A stretch of 64,000 nt of DNA from Felis catus. Lineage: Eukaryota. The notes under the pieces were generated by a model. The model had not been told where the DNA came from, searched no databases, and worked only from the letters and a program-made list of their open reading frames with translations. The number at the start of each line of letters is the position of its first letter. The first letter of the stretch is position 1. The stretch is taken from the NCBI RefSeq assembly GCF_018350175.1, contig NC_058368.1:173912001-173976000 (forward strand). Direction: 5' to 3'. Of the stretch, positions 1 to 13,131 are shown piece by piece. The position numbers were made by a program, and so were the translations under genes.

Positions 1-762
1 ACTGAGTCACTCAGGCACCCCTCCAGTGTTACTTTCTTTTGAAAACAATCCAAGATAAAGATCTGCCATTTAAATTTTCTATTGTCTTTGTTACCTCCAC
101 AAGTATATTCAGTTTTACATATTTACAACAATGTTATAGCTAGAGTTTTGAATTTTACATTTCATTTAACATATACCATAATTATTTTCCCATTTTGTTC
201 ATCTGTTTTTATTCTTAATGTTTATTTATTTTTGAGAGAGAGACGACAGAGTGCAAGCAGGGGAGGGTCAGAGAGAGCGGGAGACACAGAATCCGAAGCA
301 GGCTCCAGGCTCTGAGCTGTCAGCACAGAGCCTGACGCAGGGCTCAAACATGAATGGGGAGTTTGTGACCTGAGCCACATGTGACCTCATGTGACCTCAT
401 GTGACCACATGTGGGGAGTTTGTGACCTGAGTCAGATGCTTAACCGACTGAGCCACCCAGGCACCCCAATCTGTTTTTATTCTGATTTTCTGTTGCTTCA
501 TGCATTTTCCCTTGACCACCATCATGTAACCAGTGTTTGCGTAGGTGTGTGAGTCCACACATTTTTCTCCATAACTATGTAAGCATTTACAAAGATAGAG
601 AGATACATGCATACACATATAAATAAATATATAAAATATATATTAAAAGATTGTTAATTGTCATTTACTTTTACAGAAGTATGGTCATAAATTATATCTA
701 TTTCTCAGTTACATCCTTTCTTGTTTAATTCATTAGGGCAGCCGGACAGATCAACTTGATTT

Positions 763-2968
763 TTTTTTAATATGAAATATATTGTCAAATTGGTTTCCAT
801 ACAACACCCAGTGCTCATCCCAACAGGTGCCCTCCTCCATGCCCATCACCCACTTTCCCCTCCCGCCTACCCACCATCAACCCTCAGTTTATTCTCAGTT
901 TTTAAGAGTCTCTGATGGTTTGCCTCCCTCCCTCTCTCTTTTTTTTTTCTTCCCTTCCCCTCTTCCATGGTCTTCTGTTAAGTTTCTCAGGATCCACGTA
1001 AGAGTGAAAACATATGGTATCTGTCTTTCTCTGTATGACTTATTTCACTTAGCATAACACTCTCTAGTTCCATCCACGTTGCTACAAAAGGCCATATTTT
1101 ATTCTTTCTCATTGCCAAGTAGTATTCCATTGTATATATAAACCACAATTTCTTTATCCATTCATCAGCTGATGGACATTTAGGCTCTTTCCATAATTTG
1201 GCTATTGTGGAAAGTGCTGCTATAAACATTGGGGTACAAGTGCCCCTATGCATCAGCACTCCTGTATCCCTTGGGTAAATTCCTAGCAATGCTATTGCTG
1301 GGTCATAGGGTAGGTCTATTTTTAATTTTTTGAGGAACCTCCACATTCCAGAGTGGCTGCACCAGTTTGCGTTCCCACCAACAGTGCAAGAGGGTTCCTG
1401 TTTCTCCATATCCTCTCCAGCATCTATAGTCTCCTGATTTTAGCCACTCTGACTGGCGTGAGGTGGTATCTCAGTGTGGTTTTGATTTGTATTTCCCTGA
1501 TGAGGAGTGATGTTGAACATCTTTTCATGTGCCTGTTAGCCATTTGGATGTCTTCTTTGGAGAAGTGTCGATTCATGTTTTCTGCCCATTTCTTCACTGG
1601 ATTATTTGTTTTTCGGGTGTGGAGTTTGGTGAGTTCTTTATGGATTTGGATACTAGCCCTTTGTCCGATATGTCGTTTGCAAATATCTTTTCCCATTCCG
1701 TTGGTTGCCTTTTAGTTTTGCTGATTGTTTCCTTTGCAGTGCAGAAGCTTTTTTCTTCATAAGGTCCCAGTAGTTCATTTTTGCTTTTAATTCCCTTGCC
1801 TTTGGAGATGTGTCAAGTAAGAAATTGTTGCGGCTGAGGTCAGAGAGGTTTTTTTCCTGCTTTCTCCTCTAGGGTTTTGATGGTTTCCTGTCTCACATTC
1901 AGGTCTTTATCCATTTTGAGTTTATTTTTGTGAATGGTGTAAGAAAGTGGTCTAGTTTCATTCTTCTGCATGTTGCTGTCCAGTTCTCCCAGCACCATTT
2001 GTTAAAGAGACTGTCTTTTTTCCATCGTATATTCTTTCCTGCTTTGTCAAAGATTAGCTGGCCATACATTTGTGGATCCAATTCTGGAGTCTCTATTCTA
2101 TTCCATTGGTCTATGTGTCTGTTTTTGTGCCAATACCATGCTGTCTTGATGATTACAGCTTTGTAGTAGAGGCTAAAGCCTGGGATTGTGATGCCTCCTG
2201 CTTTGGTCTTCTTCAATATTACTTTGGCTATTCGGGGTCTTTTGTGGTTCCATACAAATTTTAGGATTGCTTGTTCTAGCTTTGAGAAGAATGCTGGTGT
2301 AATTTTGGTTGGGATTGCATTGAATGTGTAGAATGCTTTGGGTAGTATCAACATTTTAACAATATTTATTCTTCCAATCCGTGAGCATGGAATGTTTTTC
2401 CATTTCTTTGTGTCTTCTTCAATTTCCTTCATAAGCTTTCTATAGTTTTCAGCATACAGATCTTTTGCATCTTTGGTTAGGTTTATTCCTAGGTATTTTA
2501 TGATTCTTGGTGCAATTGTGAATGGGATCAGTTTCTTTTTTCTTTTTTTTTTTTAAAGCTTTTTTTTTTTCAACTTTTTTTTTTTTTTTTTTTTTTTTTA
2601 ATTTTTGGGACAGAGAGAGACAGAGCATGAACGGGGGAGGGGCAGAGAGAGAGGGAGACACAGAATCGGAAACAGGCTCCAGGCTCCGAGCCATCAGCCC
2701 AGAGCCCGACGCGGGGCTCGAACTCACAGACCGCGAGATCGTGACCTGGCTGAAGTCGGACGCTTAACCGACTGCGCCACCCAGGCGCCCCGGGGTCAGT
2801 TTCTTTATTTGTCTTTCTGTTGCTTCATTTATTAGTGTATAAAAATGCAGCTGATTCTGTACATTAATTTTGTAACCTGAGACTTTGCTGAATTCATGTA
2901 TCAGTTCTAGCAAACTTTTGGTGGAGTCTATCGGGTTTTCCATGTATAATATCATGTCATCTCGAAAA
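763..2968 (-). mobile_element. 5'-truncated felid L1 (3' ORF2 and 3'UTR) with a nested SINE at about 2540-2790
   Basis: ORF2 C-terminal peptides ([49 protein letters not shown]); TSD ATCAACTTGATTT at 750 and 2969. Confidence 0.93.
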
Positions 2969-4042
2969 ATCAACTTGATTTTTTTAATAGCAACATAGTT
3001 AGCTATACTATAGATGTACACATTATTCATCAATAGAGGGTTCCTCCATTGATGGACTTTTAAGTTTTCAAGTTTGTTTGTTTTTAAGTTTACTTATTTT
3101 TTGGGGGGGGAGGGGCAGAGAGAAGGGAGAGGGAGAATCCCAAGCAGCTCTGCACTATCAGGGCAGAGCCCGACGTGGGGCTGTATCTCATGAACCATGA
3201 GATCATGATCTGAGCCAAAATCCAGAGTCGGAGACTCAACCGACTGAGCCACCCAGGTGCCCCAGTTCTCAAGTTTTTTGTTATTACAAACAATGCCACA
3301 ATAAATATTCTTGGGGCACCTAGGTGGCTCAGTCGGCTAAGTGTCTGACTCTTGATTTTGGCTCAGGACATGATCTCATGGCTTGTGAATTCTAGCCCTG
3401 CACTGGGCTCTGCACTGACCGTGTGGAGCCTGCTCCAGATTCTCTGTCTCCCTCTTTCTCTGCCCCTCCCCTGCTCTCTCTCTCTCTCAAAAATAAAGAA
3501 ACATTAAAAAATATTCTCACAGATTCATTCTTAGATTCTAGGATCCCTAGATCAGAGGGTATATATATTTTTTGTTTTTAACGTATAATGCCATATTACT
3601 TTAAAAAGCTGTGTGTAGACCTTATTTGGATCTTGATTCAAATGAAGTATAAAATTGAGTATATTTATAAGACAACTGGAAATTTGAACACCGACTAGAT
3701 AATTCATTAAATTAAGGAATGGGGGCATTTTTTAGGTGTGATAATGGTAGAGATACATACTGAAATATTTATGGATGAAATAATTTGTTTCTACTAGAGG
3801 AAGAGAAGTGGACTGAAGCTGATATAATGGGAATTCATTATACCGTTGTCTTCTTTTATATATGGTTGAAATTCATAATAATAATAATAAAAGCTACAAA
3901 AATTCATATTATATAATGTATGAGAAAACCTAGTTCCTTACATTTCCCTTAGCACCAGATATTATCACTTTTTTTATTTTTGTCAATCTCATGCATGAAA
4001 AAAGATATTTGTTGCTATAATTTGTATTTACCTTACTACTAG

Positions 4043-4453
4043 TGATGAGGAAAACAAAGGCAAGAGAAATGCAGCTTAAATTAAATCTTCTTACAGCTTG
4101 CAGCTCACTGATAGACACTTGAAACCTACAGAACGTGACCTTCCTCAAGCAAGTCATGGCTGCCTTAGTGCCTTAATGTTTTTGTTTTTATTAAAGACTA
4201 AAAGTAACCTTATCTTAACAGCCAGCCCCTCAAGGTCCTGAAAGCCTTGCTTCCCAATTCCTTAGAAACTTACTTTATCTCTATCTCCCTCCCTCCACAA
4301 ACCTAAAAATATATAATCATTCACCCCTCACAGCCCCAGTTGTGCAGCTCTTTCTGCCCACGGGTCCTGTCCCCGTGATTTAATAAAATCACTTTTTCAC
4401 ACCAAAGATGTCTCAAGAATCCTTTCTTCGCCATTTGCTCACGAACCTCATCA
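4043..4453 (+). mobile_element. Solo LTR, ERV1 class
   Basis: Termini TGATGAGG...CCTCATCA (8-bp inverted repeat); 4-bp TSD CTAG at 4039-4042 and 4454-4457; TATA-like ATATAA near 4311 and AATAAA near 4382. Confidence 0.88.
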
Positions 4454-4464
4454 CTAGATTATCT

Positions 4465-4950
4465 TGAGAAAGTGTAAAGCTTCCGTACTGGCAGCTAGCA
4501 GCCAGGCCATGATGCTCTCAAAAGAACATAAACAAATTCACTAGAGTATAAGTAAGATGTACACAAGGCCACTCTGTGACCATTTCTAGAACAAGACATA
4601 AAAACAATAAAATATCCTCTACTTCTGACTTAACTGAGTGACAGCTACAACAGGGCCTTGCTTTAATCCTCCTATTTCCAGATAAAAATTGTTCAGCTAT
4701 CCAGCCACTAAATTTCCCCAACTTTCTGACAACCTTCAATCCATAACTGGTCCTTACTTCTTAGACTTTTCAGGGAATAATCTAGTACAAGTCCAAATGG
4801 TATGAGAAACTCCTTCCAAGGTTCTCTTGCTGAGGCCTCTACAGGTTCCTCTGGAGTAGTTTCTCCCTTGCTGTGGGAAGGTAAATCTAACTTTTTTATT
4901 GTGGATATGTTCCTGGAGGCCTTTGATCAGCGGGCTTTATTTAAAGCAAT
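4465..4950 (+). mobile_element. Older LTR (MER4-group-like), boundaries approximate
   Basis: TG start and a U5-like end (tatgttcctggaggcctttg) resembling eutherian MER4-group LTRs; from recall only. Confidence 0.45.
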
Positions 4951-5844
4951 CTTGTCAAAGTTTATCGTCCATTTGGATTTCCTCTTTTTTGGGGCATTCT
5001 CCCAGTTCAGTGGGTAGTTCTGAAATTTTCCCTTTTGTTTGAAAGCCAGTCCCATTATTTACCTTCCCCATTCTTCTCTAGGAGCCATAGGTGCTACTTC
5101 TTAGAAGAGGTAAGAGATATGGATTATTATTTGAGTTGGATCACTGCGGGTTTGATGGCATTAGCAAGAGTCTTCAGGATCTTATTCATTCACCAGGAAT
5201 GCTACTGGGAGCTAAGCTAAGTTGGATCTCTCCATTTGCTTCAGACTCTTCAGGTTATTTTCTTGGCCACCAGTCTAGTTTGGCTAATGTTGATGATGTG
5301 TGTGTATACCATTTATGCTCATTTCATTAGGTATTAAGGGAGAAAATTCATCTTAACTCGGAAGTCTGACATTTATATTAGATTTTGCTTTACATATTCA
5401 TAAACTCTGATGTGAGATACATAAAAATTCAATACTTTTTTGTTAATTGTTCTTTTATTGATATGAAACACCACTACTTGTCTCTTTTAGTGCTTTCCCC
5501 TTGAATTCTGTTTGTTACATTAACATTGTAACATACATAACATAATCTTTTGTTTGGTGTGCTGGGAAAATATTTTGATACTTAAACCCATGTGTTTTCA
5601 TCCAGTATGTAACTCTCTATTCAGCTGACTAGACTCTGAGTCATCCTCTGCCTTAAGGGAGGTTGTCCCAATAGAACCAGAATACAAAAGAGGCAAATTC
5701 TTGGCTTGCGAATTTCAAAGCTGGGGCCTAGGTGTAAGACACCCGGAGCCAGTTTCCTCCCCCTCACTCAGAGGAGAGAAGAACCAAGTCATCTTCTGTC
5801 TGGTCTATGCTATTTTCTTAGGTGTTACTTCTCTCTTTTGTGGG

Positions 5845-5892
<48 letters not shown>

Positions 5893-7219
5893 CAGACAGA
5901 CAGAGCGTAAGCAGGGGAGGGGCAGAGAGAGAGGGAGACATAGAGTCCCAAGCAGGCTCTAGGCTCTGAGCTATCAGCACAGAGCCTGATGCAGGGCTTG
6001 AACTCACAAGCTGTGAGATTATGACCTGAGCCAAAGTTGGACACTTAACCTCCTGAGCCACCCAGATGCCCCTGTATATCACATCTTGTTGCCAGGAAAG
6101 AATTTGGACTTGTTGCTGGATGGGGTATATTCTTCAGTATCTAGAATGAGAACGGGGGACAACCATATTATTACCATGGACACTGCAATGCTTTGCCTCT
6201 TTTAGGTGCTTCTATTGACATTTCTTTTACTGCATTTGCTTGACAAAAGCTGGGGAAGATTACCTTACCAGTTGCCCATGTCTTGTTCTGATTCCCCCAT
6301 ATCCACTGTCTCTGAGGCTGGAGAAACTTAAAGTTGCTCTCACCTTTTGCTTCAGTTTTTTTCTCTGCAGACTACTCAGCCTAATCTGGAGCCAATGCAG
6401 AGTTAGTTAGGGGGTATAGTCCCCCCCCCCCTTAACCCTGCTTTTTGTCAGGGTTGGAAATGCACAGTCTGGGATGCTTCCAACCAGGGGAAGGACTAAG
6501 ATGCTGAAAGAGTCAGTTTTTATAACTGAACAGCATCTCCTCTGGCCCAGTTCCATGCTTGAGCAGTTCCAGGATCTGGATCCCCTGGGTATTCTGGAGG
6601 GTTCTTGGATTTTGTTCCAAATCCCTTCTCCAGCTCCCTGGGGGCTGGGGAACTCTACCCAGTGCTTCAAGTGTGCAGAATGTGCCTTATTTTGATAAGA
6701 TATGTTTTCCTGGGGGAAGATCAGGACTGGATACTTCCTGCTTTGTCCCTGACTGTTTCAGGTGGATTTCTGCAACTGGTAGGCAGATATGACTTCCAAC
6801 TAAGTTGGTGCCCACCTGTGTCCATTGCTCTTCTCTTTAGGAGACCCTTGCTTTTTGGTTAATGGGAGCTGCTGCTGACACTTGGGCAGCTTTTTGTTTG
6901 GGAAGTTAGAAATTGTAAATAGGCAAGATGGGTAACTGTAGGCCTTTCCCCAGGGCCAGGTATTAGCATTGCAAATATGGCTCTTCAGTTCTAGTTAGTA
7001 AGGTGATGCCCAGGGAGAGAAGGAATTGTGCCAACTAAAGAAAGATTCTTTCTTATTTATGATTTTCCCCACCAGCAGGAGGTTTTCAAAGCACTGCATC
7101 TGTTTTAGAAGGCTCTGTGCTAATTATCATTATAATAATTATTATAATCATAATGTGAATTTAAATTTCATTCATAATCTCAGGTGTGCATAAAATGTAA
7201 TTTTATTTATTTTTAGTAC

Positions 7220-7396
7220 CTCTTCAATTTCTGACTCTGCATCCTCATTCTGCATAATGGAAGACAACTCCTTGCCAACTGAGGTTGGACCCCAGTCATC
7301 TTGGTCAGCCTCTGCTGACAAACTTGGACATTGTCCAACTCCCCCAGATTCAGTGATGGCCTTTACTGGAGCCTGCTTCAAACTTTGCTCATTGCC
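7220..7396 (-). other. Candidate exon of an unidentified minus-strand gene or pseudogene
   Basis: Acceptor aattcttttatag| and donor GAG|gtact; 177 nt, phase 0-0, open frame GNEQSLKQAPVKAITESGGVGQCPSLSAEADQDDWGPTSVGKELSSIMQNEDAESEIEE, flanked by AT-rich intron-like sequence. Confidence 0.5.
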
Positions 7397-8199
7397 CTAT
7401 AAAAGAATTTTGAACATCTGTGTAACTCCTTGCTCAATTTTTAGTTGACATTTAAACTTTTCATCATAAATTCAAATCGTTATAAAAGATTTATTAGCAT
7501 ACTGCATATATTGATATTTAAAAATCGAACTATTATCCCATACTTTTAAATGTATATGCATACTATAACAATTTAATTTAATTTAATTAAAAATACCTTA
7601 GGGGCACCTGGGTGGCTCAGTCCATTAAGTGTCCAACTCTTGGTTTTGGCTCAGGTCATGATCTCATGGTCATGAGATGGAACACCAAGTCAGGCTCCGC
7701 TCTGGTCATGGAACCTGCTTAAGATTTTCTCTCTCTTTCCCTCTGACCCTCTCCCCTGCTCATGTGTATGCTCATGCTCCCTCTCTCTCAAAAAAAAAAA
7801 AAAAGTTAAAAAAAAACCTTAATATTTTGGGGTGCTTGGATGGCTCAGCCAGTTGAACATCTAGCTTCGGTTCAGGTCATGCTCTCTCGGTTCATGGGTT
7901 TGAGCCTCGCCATCCGGCTCTGTGCTGACAGCTCAGAGCCTGGAGCCTGCTTCACATTCTTTGTCTTCACCTCTCTCTGCCCCTCCCCTGCTTACATTCT
8001 CTCTCTCTCTCAAAAATAAATAAAACATTAAAAAAATTTTTTTTAATACCTTAATATTTTAAGAGGAGGAACCAGGTAAAGATGCCTGCTTTCACCCCTT
8101 TTGTTAAGCATTATACTTGAGGTCCTATCCAGAGTAATAAAGCATGGCAAAGAAAAATAAAAAGGTTGCAGATTGGAAATAAAGAAGTAAAACTGCCTT

Positions 8200-10824
8200 G
8201 AGACAGGCTTTCAGGTGGCCCTGGTCGGGGAAGAGGAGTTGCATATATCGCTTCAGCTGGCATTTTGTGAGATGGCTGCTGATATTTCTGAATCCAGTGG
8301 GCATGATTGCAAAGGAGAGCCGAGGGGCAATACCAAGTTACATGCAGACTACCCACTTTGAGTCCTCTACTGTGGAGTCTGTTCATTACTAACAGAGTAC
8401 TGTGAATATATGCCTGATGTCGCTAAATGCCGACAGTGGTTAGAGAAGAATTTTCCAAGTGAGTTTGCAAAACTTACTGTAGAAAATTCGCCCAAACAAG
8501 AAGCTGGAGGCAGTGAGGGTCAAGGCGCAGCAGGGGAAGAAGAAAAGAAGAAAAGCAGAAGAGAGGTGGAAGGGGTCAAATAAAGCAAAAAAAGAAGACT
8601 GTACCACAAAAGGTTATGATAGCCAAAATTCCCAGAGCAAAGAAGAAATGTGTAACCAGAGTATGTGGCCTTGCAACTGTGAAATTGATCTAAAAGAAGC
8701 ACAAAGATTTTTTGCACAAAAATTCTCCTGTGGTGCCTCAGTAACAGGAGAGGATGAAATCATCATTCAGGGAGACTTTACAGATGACATAATTGATGTC
8801 ATTCAGGAAAAATGGCCAGAGGTGGATGATGATAGCATCAAAGATGTTGGAGAAGTAAAGAAGTGATTTTGAAAATTTCTTTCTAGGGGCGCCTGGGTGG
8901 CTCAGTCGGTTAAGCGTCCGACTTCGGCTCAGGTCATGATCTCACGGTCTGTGAGTTCGAGCCCCACGTCGGGCTCCGTGCTGACAGCTAGGAGCCTGGG
9001 GCCTGCTTAGGATTCTGTGTCTCCCTCTCTCTCTGACCCTCCCCCATTCATGCTCTGTCTCTCTCTGTCTGAAAAATAAATAAACATTTTTAAAAAAGTA
9101 AAGCTTCGGATTCTGTGTCTCCCTCTCTCTCTGACCCTCCCCCGTTCATGCTCTGTCTCTCTCTGTCTGAAAAATAAATAAACATTTTTTTAAAAAGTAA
9201 AAAAAAAAAAAGAAAATTTCTCTCTATTTAATGATTTGAACTGAGAGTTGATATGGCCAAAGGGAGAGAGGCCTTTTAAAAAAATGTATATTTATCCTAC
9301 AGTAAAACTGTAGACTACCCTCACCCTTGGCATTTTCACCATTCTGTTCTGTAAGGCTGCTTGTTTTTTTTTTTTTTTTAATTGCCAAAGTCTAATAAAC
9401 AGGGGAGACTGTCATGCTTATGCATGAAATAGAATTTAGTCAAATAAAAATTTTTGGTCATTTGGTACTGACTTTTCTCTTTCTCTTTTTAACTTTTTAT
9501 TTTTGAAAAACACTAGATTTTTTTTGTGCAAAGCCTTTGTTTACTATCTTAAAATAATCATGATTTAATGAGTTAATTTTCTTAAAAATAGTCATGATTT
9601 AATGAAATCATGATTTAAAGCTGAGTAATGTTTTAAAGAATTTGAATTTTGGCTTCATTACCATTAATGATTATCTCCTTGCTTCTTTGGTGTGATAGTT
9701 TTGAGATGCTTGGGCATCTAATAGATTTGTGGTTGAATTTGCTTCATTGTTACCAAACAAGTCCACTTTGTGGTCACACTAACTTAACGTTGGTAGGAGT
9801 TGTTCAGTTCTGGAGATTATTTGGTAAAGTATACTAAAGCCTTAAAACCATCTGTAGTCTAACCCAGTAAGCCACTTAGTTGACATTATCCTAAAGAGAG
9901 ATGTCACCCACACTTGCTTAGAACTGTGTGTGAGGGTGTTCATCACAATGTTACTTATAAAGAAATAGCAACTGATATAAATGAACAATTGGGAAATGGT
10001 TAGAGAATGATGGTGTACCATATGGTAGAATTTTCATATATTTTTAAATATTTTCCAAGGATACTTTGGAAACATGTTTGATGATGTTAAGTAGGGGGTC
10101 GGATCCCAAATCTGTTGTATGCATTGTTATCACCATTGTTTTGAGTGAAAGACCATTCAAAGATGCTGCAAGTTCTTGTTCTAGCTATAAATTCTGAGAG
10201 TAAAATTCTACCCAATTGAAAAGAATATACACCCATGCTGTCTCTCTATATATAGGTAGTCTGGGAAATAACAATTGAAATGAGTCTTTCTCAAGAGAAA
10301 CAGTGACAATGAATTTTAATGAATGCACTAAATGAATTTAAACTTTGTTTTTATAAGGGTCTTAAGTCAGGTGCTACAAATAGAAAAGAAGACTCCTGGT
10401 ATTTTAAATTGTTATAGACACCTTTAAGAAATTTAGAGCCCATTGTTTATTGCCCTGCAAATTACAACCTTGAATAAATGAGTGGTTTTTTTCAATAATT
10501 AAAATCTTAGAAAAAATGTGTAATAAAGGTGCAAATTAAGCAAATGAAATTCTGCATTAACTGTGAATTTTACTAAATATGAGTATCTGATGAAGCAAAT
10601 TTATCCATCAAGACCATTTGGTACGTGTTGTATATGTATTCTGTTAGTGTTGGAAGATGTCTATGTGCCTGTATCAACCATGTGATTTCATGTAAAGATT
10701 CTAAATGTTCACAGTTCTTGGCAAATGCAGTTTTAATCCATATAAAGCCAGTAGTGGATGTTACTGCAGGATAGGGTAATGGAGGGTTAAAATTGTCCTA
10801 GTGTAAACAAACAAGCAAAAAAAA
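8200..10824 (+). pseudogene. DENR: Processed pseudogene of density-regulated protein DENR (5'UTR, CDS 8272-8866, long 3'UTR, A-tail)
   Basis: Intronless. [61 protein letters not shown]...[61 protein letters not shown]. Stop at 8359-8361 plus frameshifts. TSD AAAGAAGTAAAACTG(C/T)CTT at 8181-8199 and 10825-10843. Confidence 0.96.
8886..9211 (+). mobile_element. CAN-SINE with a duplicated 3' half, inside the DENR pseudogene 3'UTR
   Basis: TSD GAAAATTTCT(T/C)TCTA at 8871 and 9212. Confidence 0.9.
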
Positions 10825-10854
10825 AAAGAAGTAAAACTGTCTTAATTCACAAAT

Positions 10855-11289
10855 GAAGACCACTCAAGTGAAAATAGGCTATTTATTCAGAATTTGTTAT
10901 AGCAGATAGCCACAAACGCTTGACCTTGGGAGAGACTAAGAGTCAGGCAGGGGCCAGGAAAGTTTTCTAATGAAAAAAAGGGAAAGCTTTCAGCATGCAC
11001 TGATTGAAGGCTCTTGGCATGGGGAAGCTAGAGATGGGTTAACCAGAAGTCGGCATCTTATGTGATGGTTTGGGGAGCATATTTATCTTTTTCTCGTTGG
11101 TCTTGAGTTAGACGCAAGATAAAAGAAATAGGGAAGTTGGCTGTCACCGATCGAGTTCTGACCATTCTGGGTTGATTGCTTCAGAGGTTGTAATTTGGCT
11201 TCCTAGAGCGGTTGCTGCAGGAGTTGTGGGTCAGAGTTCTGTTGTTATATATGGTCTGGCTTTTGTCTGTTTGTATATCCAGTCACTCA
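10855..11289 (-). mobile_element. MER31-like LTR inserted in an old L1
   Basis: Minus strand starts TGAGTGACTGGATATACAAACAGACAAAAGCCAGACCATATATAACAACAGAACTCTGACCCACAAC, matching the recalled MER31 5' end; AATAAA on the minus strand near 10882. Confidence 0.6.
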
Positions 11290-13131
11290 GACAACATGAA
11301 CATATATGTAAAAAATCCAGAGGAATCTACAAAAACACTTTAGAAATAATAAGTGAGTTTAGCAAGGTCTCATGATATAAGGTCATTACATAAAAATTAA
11401 TTCTATGGATAAATTCATAGAAATAGAAGCAGATTAGTGGTTGCCAGGGGCTGGGAGGGTGGAAATGGGGAGCGACTGATAATAAGTATGGAGTTTCTTT
11501 TTTTTTTATGTAGGCTCCATGACCAGTGCAAAACTCAACATGGGCTTGAACTCAAAACCCCAATATCAAGACCTGAGCTGAGATCAAGAGTCAGATGCTT
11601 AACTGACTGAGCTACCCAGGCACCCTGAGTATAGAGTTTCTTTTTGGAGTGATGTAGATGTTATGGAATTAGATAGTGATAATGACTGCACCACCTTGTG
11701 AATATACTAAAACCACTGAACTATATTCTTTAAAAGGGTGAATATTATGGTATATTATGGTATGTGAATATTATGGTATGTGAATTATATTTCAATAAAA
11801 AGCTTTAATTGTATTTATATATAGTAGCAATAAGCAATTGAAATTGAAAATGTAAATAAATCACCTATAGTAGCATCAATAGATATGAAATACTAAGGGA
11901 TAAATTCAACTAAATATGTGCAAGACCTGTACACTGAAAACTTTAAACAGTGTAAAATTTCAGAGAAATTAAAGAAGATGTAAATAAATGGAGAAATAAA
12001 CTATATTCATGAATTCAAAGGTTCAGTATTATTATGGTGTCAGTTCTCTGCAAATTGATTTATAGAGAGTCAATGCAGCCCTAATCCTGGCAGGCTTTGT
12101 TTTGTAGACTAACTAGCTGATTCTAATACGATTCAGAGGAGAAAGAACAGTTTTGAAGAAGAAAAGTTGGAGGATAGAGGGATCTGCATACACCCTGCCA
12201 GGTTCTACCACTTATTAGTTGTATGTCCTTGATCAAGCCTTTTCACCACCCTGGCCTTGGTTTCTTGATCAGTGAAAAGGGAATAATAATAGTATCTAAG
12301 ACTTACATAGGATTTCTGAGAGGATTAACTGAGATGATACATATAAAGCACTTAGGAAAGTCCTTGGAACATAGTAAGCCTTCAAATGTATTGTTACTGT
12401 TGTTGTCTCTTCCTTGACCAGGCTGGGCATTCAGGGGATGTACAGGGGAGCTTCTGGAAACCCAAGCGTTCTCCCTGCCTCCTTGCCCAGATGTAGCATG
12501 CTGCCCTTTTTACTGCATGCCCCTGTCCACTGGTACAGGGGACATCTATGGGGTACTACTCTCAAATGCCAGACTAGAGGTGGTACACTTGTCTTATTCT
12601 TGAGTCCCTCAAATTTCGGTCGGCATTTTGTTGCCTTCCCCCTCTGCCATAAACCTACATATAGGGAAGCTGGTGTGGAGCTTGAAGCTACTATGTTGCT
12701 TCTCATTTTCTTTGTCTTCTACCCATCTCACATCTGTGGAACTTTGTAGTCTTAGGCTAGGAAGAAAACCCAGTTTCCCCTATTTGCATGGCCTCAAAAA
12801 TGATTTCTGTCTCTCACCTGTTAAACATTAGGAAGTGGTGCCTTTGTTCAACAGGGCAGTCATTAGCTCAACATGCTAATTTTTAAAAAACTGAATTGAA
12901 AGTTTACATGTAGTGAAATGTGTAAATCTTAACAGTATAATTCAATGAAATTTGACAACCAACACACCAATAAAGATACAGATTTCCACTGCCCCAGAAA
13001 GTTCCTTCTTGCCACATTATAGTCAATCCTCAACCACCTTTTCCTAACAGAATACCACTGTTCTGATTTTTATTGACATTGACGGTTCTAGCTCCTAGAT
13101 AAGGCAACTATATCAGGTCGGAGGGAGCAAT

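Larger units (their letters stand above)
8060..12170 (+). mobile_element. Old L1 ORF2 fragment hosting the DENR retrocopy, an LTR, a further L1 3' end and a SINE
   Basis: RT-region sequence (gatgcctgctttcacc...ggaaataaagaagtaaaact) resumes after 10843 and again after 11290. Confidence 0.7.

Noticed and set aside
987..2432. ORFs with reverse-transcriptase-associated peptides (also at 37354-38289 and 46203-47387)
   Set aside because: Frameshifted pieces of 5'-truncated L1 ORF2; no intact element
3313..3400. tRNA-like A/B box sequence at SINE heads
   Set aside because: tRNA-derived SINE 5' regions, not tRNA genes
8513..8866. 117-aa ORF ending in the DENR SUI1 domain
   Set aside because: Non-ATG start and a frameshifted N-terminal half within a disabled retrocopy
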